A stretch of 63,625 nucleotides of DNA, counting the filler, from Stramenopiles sp. TOSAG23-6 (taxonomy: Eukaryota), in the NCBI GenBank assembly GCA_900128565.1. It is 9 parts of 9 records of this genome, joined end to end, with 100 filler letters (N's around TTAATTAATTAA, not from the genome) between each part and the next. Parts side by side here need not be neighbours in the genome. Positions count along the whole stretch, not along the records: positions 52,594 to 61,227 come from LT636431.1; positions 61,328 to 62,426 come from LT639729.1; positions 62,527 to 63,625 come from LT639730.1; 6 more parts are not named here. One strand, 5' to 3'. The notes beneath the pieces were generated by a model that was not told where the DNA came from, did not search any database, and saw only the letters and a program-made list of their open reading frames with translations. Both the position numbers and the translations under genes were made by a program. Each line of letters starts with the position of its first letter. Position 1 is the stretch's first letter. Positions 56,913 to 63,625 of this stretch are shown here, piece by piece.

Positions 56913-58256
56913 TCATTTTGCTGTTCTCTTCAAACACTCTTTTTTGTGTGTACTCTTCCAATGCTTTCTCTGACACTTTTTTGAACAATATGTCGCACAA
57001 TTACACCGACTACAAATAAGCATTTTTTTATGTTTACCCTCTTTACCACATGTAAAACATGTTGATTTGCTGTATTCAATTATGCGTTTCTTTAGAGTAT
57101 CATCTGTTACATCTTTTAACTGCTTTTCTGCTTTTATATTCCACTTTGCTGCAGTTTTCAAACATTTAGTGATACCATGACCATGAAAATAGCACTGACC
57201 AAGCATAAATTGTGCATCAATATCACCACCATTCGCAGATTTAGAAAACCACTTGAAAGCTTTTTTTTTGTCTTCAGCAACACCAACACCATAATAATAG
57301 CAATTACCAAGCTTATTTTGTCCATTGCTATCACCACCATTCGCAGATTTAGTTAACCACTTGAAAGCTTCTTTTTTGTCTTGAGCAACACCAACACCAC
57401 GTAAATAGCACACGCCAAGCATAAATTGTCCAAAACTATTACCAGCATTCGCAGATTTAGCAAACCACTTGAAAGATTCTTTTTTGTCTTCAGCAACACC
57501 ATCACCACTAAAATAGCACTTACCAAGATTTTTTTGTCCTTCACTATGACCTGCAATAGCCGATTTCATAAACCACTTGAAAGCTTCTTTTTTGTCTTCA
57601 GCAACACCATTACCATAAAAATAGCAACAACCAAGACTATTTTGTCCTTCACTATGACCAGCATTAGCTGATTTAGTATACCACTTGAAAGCTTCTTTTT
57701 TATCTTCAGTAACACATTCACCATACATATAGCATTCACCAAGATTATATTGTCCCATGATACTACCTGCATTCGCAGATTTAATATACCACTTGAAAGC
57801 TTCTTTTTTATCTTCAGCAACACCATCACCATAAAAATAACAATTACCAAGATTAAGTTGTCCTTCACTATGACCAGCATTAGCAGATTTAGTAAACCAC
57901 TTGAAAGCTTCTTTTTTATCTTCAGTAACACCAACACCATAATAATAGCAATCACCAACTTGACATTGTGCTTCAATATGACCAGCATTTGCAGATTTAG
58001 TCAACCACTTGAAAGCTTCTTTTTTGTCTTCAGCAACACCAACACCACGTAAATAGCAAAAACCAAGATTAAGTTGTCCTTCACTATTACCAGCATTCGC
58101 AGATTTAGTAAACCACTTGAAAGCTTCTTTTTTATCTTCAGCAACACCATCACCATAATAATAGCAATCACCAAGACTGTTTTGTGCGGCACTATTACCT
58201 TTATTAGCAGATTTATTATACCTCTTGAAAGCTTTTTTTTTGTCTTTCGCACCCAT
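56913..58256 (-). CDS. Sel1-like repeat protein with C-terminal MYND zinc finger
   Basis: About 10 36-aa repeats (GQxNLGxCYxxGxGVAEDKKEAFKWFxKSA); CFTC..CSRC..YCSKKCQRKHWK.THKKEC; intronless. Confidence 0.92.
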   Translation of the reverse strand: MGAKDKKKAFKRYNKSANKGNSAAQNSLGDCYYYGDGVAEDKKEAFKWFTKSANAGNSEGQLNLGFCYLRGVGVAEDKKEAFKWLTKSANAGHIEAQCQVGDCYYYGVGVTEDKKEAFKWFTKSANAGHSEGQLNLGNCYFYGDGVAEDKKEAFKWYIKSANAGSIMGQYNLGECYMYGECVTEDKKEAFKWYTKSANAGHSEGQNSLGCCYFYGNGVAEDKKEAFKWFMKSAIAGHSEGQKNLGKCYFSGDGVAEDKKESFKWFAKSANAGNSFGQFMLGVCYLRGVGVAQDKKEAFKWLTKSANGGDSNGQNKLGNCYYYGVGVAEDKKKAFKWFSKSANGGDIDAQFMLGQCYFHGHGITKCLKTAAKWNIKAEKQLKDVTDDTLKKRIIEYSKSTCFTCGKEGKHKKMLICSRCNCATYCSKKCQRKHWKSTHKKECLKRTAK

Positions 58257-58704
58257 GTTGAAGCTCAGCGGAATACGTTTTCTCTCTCATAAAACTCTGT
58301 CTGTCTCTCTCTTGGCCACTGGCAGGTGTGGTTCGACCAGATCCTTGGATGCTAAACACTGAACAACGTAACGAATGTTTAGTTGTATTAAGTATTTACT
58401 TATGATGATTAAGTTAACACAAAGCCAATCGATCCAATATCATATTGGTTGGCCGAATTCTGTCATCAGGATGAGTGGTCAGAACAAAAAATAATTAAAA
58501 CCTCCGTCGACCACCCACGATACCCGGTCCACAAACGTATCAGTGCTTCTTAGTTGAATAATTGGTCAGCTGACTAAGGAACTACCTACTATAACCATGT
58601 TGTTGTTGTTCGTTTTGGTGTGTGCACAATAATCAGTAAACAAATTGGCACAATACTACGTATAAGTAATTACTCTCATAACAAAATGATACGGTTTATA
58701 TTAT

Positions 58705-58983
58705 GTACAATGTTTTTGTTAGATGTAAAAAAATAAAAAAAAATAAAAAAAAAATTGTTAGGTATACAATTTTGTACGAAAATAAAAATCATTTTTTGAA
58801 AACATACACACTGAGATTTCCTACGCATTAATCTTCGTAATTGTCGAGTATCATTTTCTCTCAAGGATTTAATCCTTTCACATAAATATTTGGCTTTAGA
58901 ACCTCCTTGCGTTGCCATACCTTGTGAGATACTCATTGACGTAACAATATTTGTTTCCATATCATTATATTCACTTTCTATGT

Positions 58984-59021
<38 letters not shown>

Positions 59022-61227
59022 TTGGAATCAACTCTCTGTTGTTGAAGCATTCGCCTTTGATTAAATAATTCCTTTCTTCTTGCCAAGCTTTCTGATTTAG
59101 TCTCTGCCCAATTCAATTCAAAACCAGGTTGTAAAACTTGAAGATCTTCAAAAAGATGAATGTTTTTACATAATTGACATTCCCAAAAACTTCTCTGGAT
59201 ACAATCCACACAAAATAAATGGGAGCAAGGCGTGACAAGTAATAACTGAACTTTAATTCCACACATGCCACATACACTATCATCACCTGTAATGGCCCTA
59301 CCAATGAAATCATCTACTCGTTGCCATTCATGTAGTATGAAAAAAATATTAAAAAAACATTTGTTAGGTATGGAATTTCATACAAAAAAAAAAAAATATA
59401 ATTTAAAATTGTAATGCAAAAGACGTACACGCTCAGTACATCCCAAACCATTCATTTTTCTATTATCAATCGAAAGTAAACCTTTTTTTTCGATTTTATA
59501 ATGTCGACACCAGTGTCCATCAGATGCACCCAATTGACCTCGAGCACATTTTGAATGATCTTTTCCATCTCCCAATTTCCAACATGGTACGGACATCATC
59601 ATAGTTTTAGTCGATTCTCTATTTGAATCTGTAATCGATGGGATTTGTCGTCCTCCACCACAACACATTAATTGAATTGCTCTTATATTATTACGTGCAT
59701 CTCTTGAATTTGATGGATTTAGTAAAGATTCAGGTTGTACATATCCATCAGCGGGTCGTACAGTCATTAAAATATTTGTACGTGTAAATGCGACTCTTGT
59801 ATTATAATCATGTAACTCATTTGGATTCAATGTAATATAATGATTCCGTCGAATAGGAATGGGTATATCAGGAACATCCGCTTTCGTGTGACGTACCATC
59901 AATGATTGCATTACACGCTGACAACGAATAAAACCATCTTGTCGACCAGCCAATAATGGTTTTGAGACTAATCGACGCCAAAGGTCACATCCTAAAGTGG
60001 AAAATGAAGAAGAATTTAGACTACTAGAAATATCATTCTCACCACACAATCTAGATGGATAAAATCGACCGAATGGATCGTGTCGGATAAATTGTAATAA
60101 TCCAAGTAGATTTTTTAAGGCCGTAGTATCATCTATTTCTTTTGTTGGAGTTCCAGTCATGACCCATGAACTGTGAAAAAATATTTCAAAAAAATTTAAA
60201 ATTTTGTTAGGTACGAAATTTCGTATGAAAAAAAATTTCAAAAAAAAATCATACTGAAAACATACATGTGCGTTCTTTCGTGAGCGACATTACAAAGACA
60301 GTCATCGATGAGCAATTTGAAGCCACTTTATGTCCTTCATCAACAACAATACGAAGCCATCGTAATCTACAAAATGGTGATACATAACATTCTACTGTAT
60401 CATCGATACTGCTATAACTAGAGTTGTCTACTTCCTCTCTCAATCTCTTTGATCGATCTTGCTTCATTTGCTCAGTGCTCATACGTTGTAAAGAGGTAAG
60501 AACAATTGTATAGGATGCAAGAGTTTCTGGATCAGGTATATTAGATTTACCATCGTCAATATACACCGATGCTTGAAACGCTAATTCTTTTTCATGTTTT
60601 TCACGGTCAATGCGATTTTGAAACACAATGTTTTTTTTTTTAGTCTTTTTAGTGTTTTTCGTGTTTTTACTTTTATTTGTATAGTTTACATATCGCCAAT
60701 CAACATGCTCTTTCATTTGATTCGCCCAATGTTCAATAAGTGGTGGTGGAACAATGATTAATGTTGTGAATGATTGAAGTAAATTAGAATCTAAATGTAT
60801 CAATTTACTCATTGCACAAACTCTTCGTTGATCTCTTCTTGACCCATTTTCCACATTTTGTGAAAAATAAATTGGACATCGACGAGGTGTCACAGCATAC
60901 CGACCAACAGAGCGTAGTATTAAAGCAAGTATTGTAATAGTTTTGCCTAAACCTGGTTCATCACAAAGCATACCACCTTTGACTTGTTTACATTTTCGTA
61001 TGAGTGATTGACATTTAATACGACTTTTAGATTTTGTATTACATTTTGTATTACATTTTGTAGAATGTTTAGAATTTTTACTTTTGTAAAGGTTAGGACT
61101 AATTCCACCACAGTCAGAAAAAAAACAGACTTTATTTGTGATGAGATCAATTCCAATAACAGCACCACAATGTTCATGTATTTTGGAAAAATATTTCAAA
61201 AAAAAATCGTTAGGTACAAAATTTCGT
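58705..61227 (-). repeat. apparently exact 2523-nt inverted copy of 52594-55116 (truncated SNF2 gene)
   Basis: Identical ORF translations on opposite strands; coordinate sums match (113821); identity stops inside an intron. Confidence 0.95.
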
Positions 61228-61465
61228 NNNNNNNNNNNNNNNNNNNNNNNNNNNNNNNNNNNNNNNNNNNNTTAATTAATTAANNNNNNNNNNNNNNNNN
61301 NNNNNNNNNNNNNNNNNNNNNNNNNNNTTTTTTTTTTTTTTTTTAAAACAAAAAAAAAAACGATTTTTTTTTTTTTTTTTTTTTTTTTTTCATACGAAAT
61401 TTTGTACCTAACAAATTTTTTTTTTATAGAAAATTTTTAAAATATTTTTCCAAAATACATCAGTA

Positions 61466-62426
61466 GTGTCTGATGAAGTTGCAATGAAAATATCTTCTGT
61501 TTTATCCGAACAATGTAAAGCAACACGAAATAAACAAAATGTATATCCAGTACATAATATACAAATTGAAACGGCTTATGAAATCGTTCAAAGTTCCGTA
61601 CAAAAATTATATACACAAATAAGTCGGCTTACATTGGACAAAAAAAACAAAAAAAACAAAAAAAACAAAAAAAACTCATTACAATTCTTAGGTACAGAAA
61701 TTCGTATGAAAAAAAATGAAAAAAATAATTTACTAAAAAAAATACTACAAAATATTTATATAATTAGAGCAGGTGTTTTGACTTTGCATTCATCTATTCA
61801 AATCAAGGAAGAAAAATTATTATTACAATATGCTCAAGCTCAAACTATTTTTGATTTTGATACAAAAATCGCAAAACAAAAAAGACAAACATTTAAGAAA
61901 CTTTGCCGTACTCATCATCATTTTGATGATACAGATGTCCAATCATCGCCAACACAAATATATCAACAACAATCTAATGCTGCATGTCAAGTTGCATCAA
62001 TTTCAAAAATAGTCTTATATAAAATGAAAAATAAATTGTATCGAGAGAGACAGGTTTTGCATACTATGAAAGACTATACTACAGAAATCGAGCATACTAT
62101 AAACACTATTATAAAATATCTGCCAAATACAATGAAAACGTTTGAGAGCAAAGATAATGAGACCAAAGGTAATCGTCATTATTTGTCGATGGGTAAAAAA
62201 TTATCTATACAACACACAAAAATTATTGAAAATATTGAAGGAAAAGTAAATGACAAAAAAAACAAATATGATGATAAAAATAACAACCAAAATAAAGAAA
62301 TTGTATTTCATTATTTGGAAAATCTTGGCCTTGAACAAACCAAACAACTCCTACATAGAGTTTGCCTAGACATAAATACAAAAAATACAAAAAATACAAA
62401 AAATACAAAAAATACAAAAAATACAA
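61466..62426 (+). CDS. hypothetical protein exon, partial
   Basis: Open frame after a family acceptor at 61460, running to the contig end. Confidence 0.45.
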
Positions 62427-62526
62427 NNNNNNNNNNNNNNNNNNNNNNNNNNNNNNNNNNNNNNNNNNNNTTAATTAATTAANNNNNNNNNNNNNNNNNN
62501 NNNNNNNNNNNNNNNNNNNNNNNNNN

Positions 62527-63370
62527 AAGTGACTTTGACCCGACCAACTGGTTGATAAAAAGTATATCAACGTTTTCAAAAAAAAAAAAAAAATAAGACA
62601 CCCAACCATAGTTAAAATACGTTTGAACGAAGAAACAATATTCGTTAAGAAGATAACCATCCTGTTTGTTCACAATTAACACAAACCCTGTCGACTTTGA
62701 ACTCCATGGGGCCATTCAAAACACTGACTTACGCCAACATCGTTGCCACCAACACTGTGTCCATGGATATCAACAATCAACATACACACAGCACTAATAC
62801 TATTACAGCAGCAAAAGAAGAAAGAATTAATGTAGGTGTTTATTTTTTATTTTTTTTTAAATGTTAGGTACAAAATTCCCTACGAAAAGTTCTGACAATT
62901 TATTTTTATTTTATTTTTTTTATTTCATAGTAAATTTTGTACCTAACAAACTCTTCAACGTTTTGAAACAATATTTCCCCAGAACACATACTCTTCAACA
63001 CATGTTAACCGAGGCTTTAGTACAAATAAAAACAGCAGGTAATTCAATGAAAAATTTAAAGAAGGGAATTGATATGATAAAATTGTGTGTTGAACCATTT
63101 TCTATTGTACAAAAAGCCGAAAATCTCCGTCAATATTTGAGAAATAAAAAGTTACTTTTCAAATTGCATACTATTAAAGATGAAGTAGCAAAGGAATGTG
63201 AGTTTTATTTTTTTTCAAATTCCAAATTTTTTTTTTTTTTTGGTTTTTATAAACATTTTGTACCTAACAAATTTAAGTTTTTTTTTTGAAATATTTTTCT
63301 AAAAGAAATGGAGAGTTATTAAAAAAGAACGTGCTCAAAAAGATAGTTGGACACAGCAAATGAGTACAAG
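62527..63370 (+). CDS. hypothetical coiled-coil protein, internal exons
   Basis: Short coding-like segments between family introns (acceptors ~62989 and ~63309). Confidence 0.35.
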
Positions 63371-63625
63371 TACGTTTTCATGAATTGTATTTTAATTTTT
63401 TTTTAAATTTCAAAGTTTTTTAAGTTTTAAAATTTTTTTTTTTTTTGATTTTTTTTTTTTGAATTTTTTTTTTTTGCATTTTTTTTTTCTTTTTCTTTCT
63501 TCATGCAAAATTGTAAAAACCTTGAACAACAACTTGAATGAAAAATGAATAAAAAATAAACAATATTTTTTTTTTTGAAATATTTTCGTACAACAAAGTT
63601 GAGTTTGTTTTGAATAATACATTTG

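Noticed and set aside
58315-58700. Moderately GC-richer non-coding stretch with GGTTCGA, possible tRNA or transposon end
   Set aside because: No cloverleaf, terminal repeat or ORF could be supported by eye.
8831-63622. Many short ORFs containing [22 protein letters not shown] or KYFSKIH peptides
   Set aside because: These are translations of the repeated intron motifs, not a protein family.

Overview
AT-rich, gene-dense eukaryotic (protist-like) draft assembly. The window holds nine contigs or contig pieces (mostly ~8.6 kb) joined by artificial N-TTAATTAATTAA-N linkers, so adjacency across linkers means nothing. About 30 protein genes are recognisable, including a VRR-NUC nuclease, RluA, PP4R3, AzoR, isoaspartyl peptidase, PP2C, ILVBL, ABCG, a GATase, NSE2, OGFOD3, PDI, a PfkB kinase, a SNF2-RING helicase and a Sel1-MYND protein. 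The main signal is an apparently rewired splicing system with two parts. (1) Roughly 60 stereotyped 90-140 nt introns have donor (AT)|GTAYGTTTT, a long branch motif ACGAAATTTTGTACCTAAC and an acceptor motif AATATTTTTCMMAATAC-NN. The terminal dinucleotide is usually AT and sometimes CG, CT, TT or AG. (2) A tightly packed head-to-tail snRNA cluster (26341-27093) contains U5, U2, a variant U1 and U4. The U1 5' end (AAACGUACAUGG instead of AUACUUACCUGG) is compensatorily changed to match these donors. The cluster is followed by a candidate fifth Sm-type RNA and a minimal tRNA-like fold. All splice sites are inferred from reading-frame and protein-motif restoration, not from transcripts.
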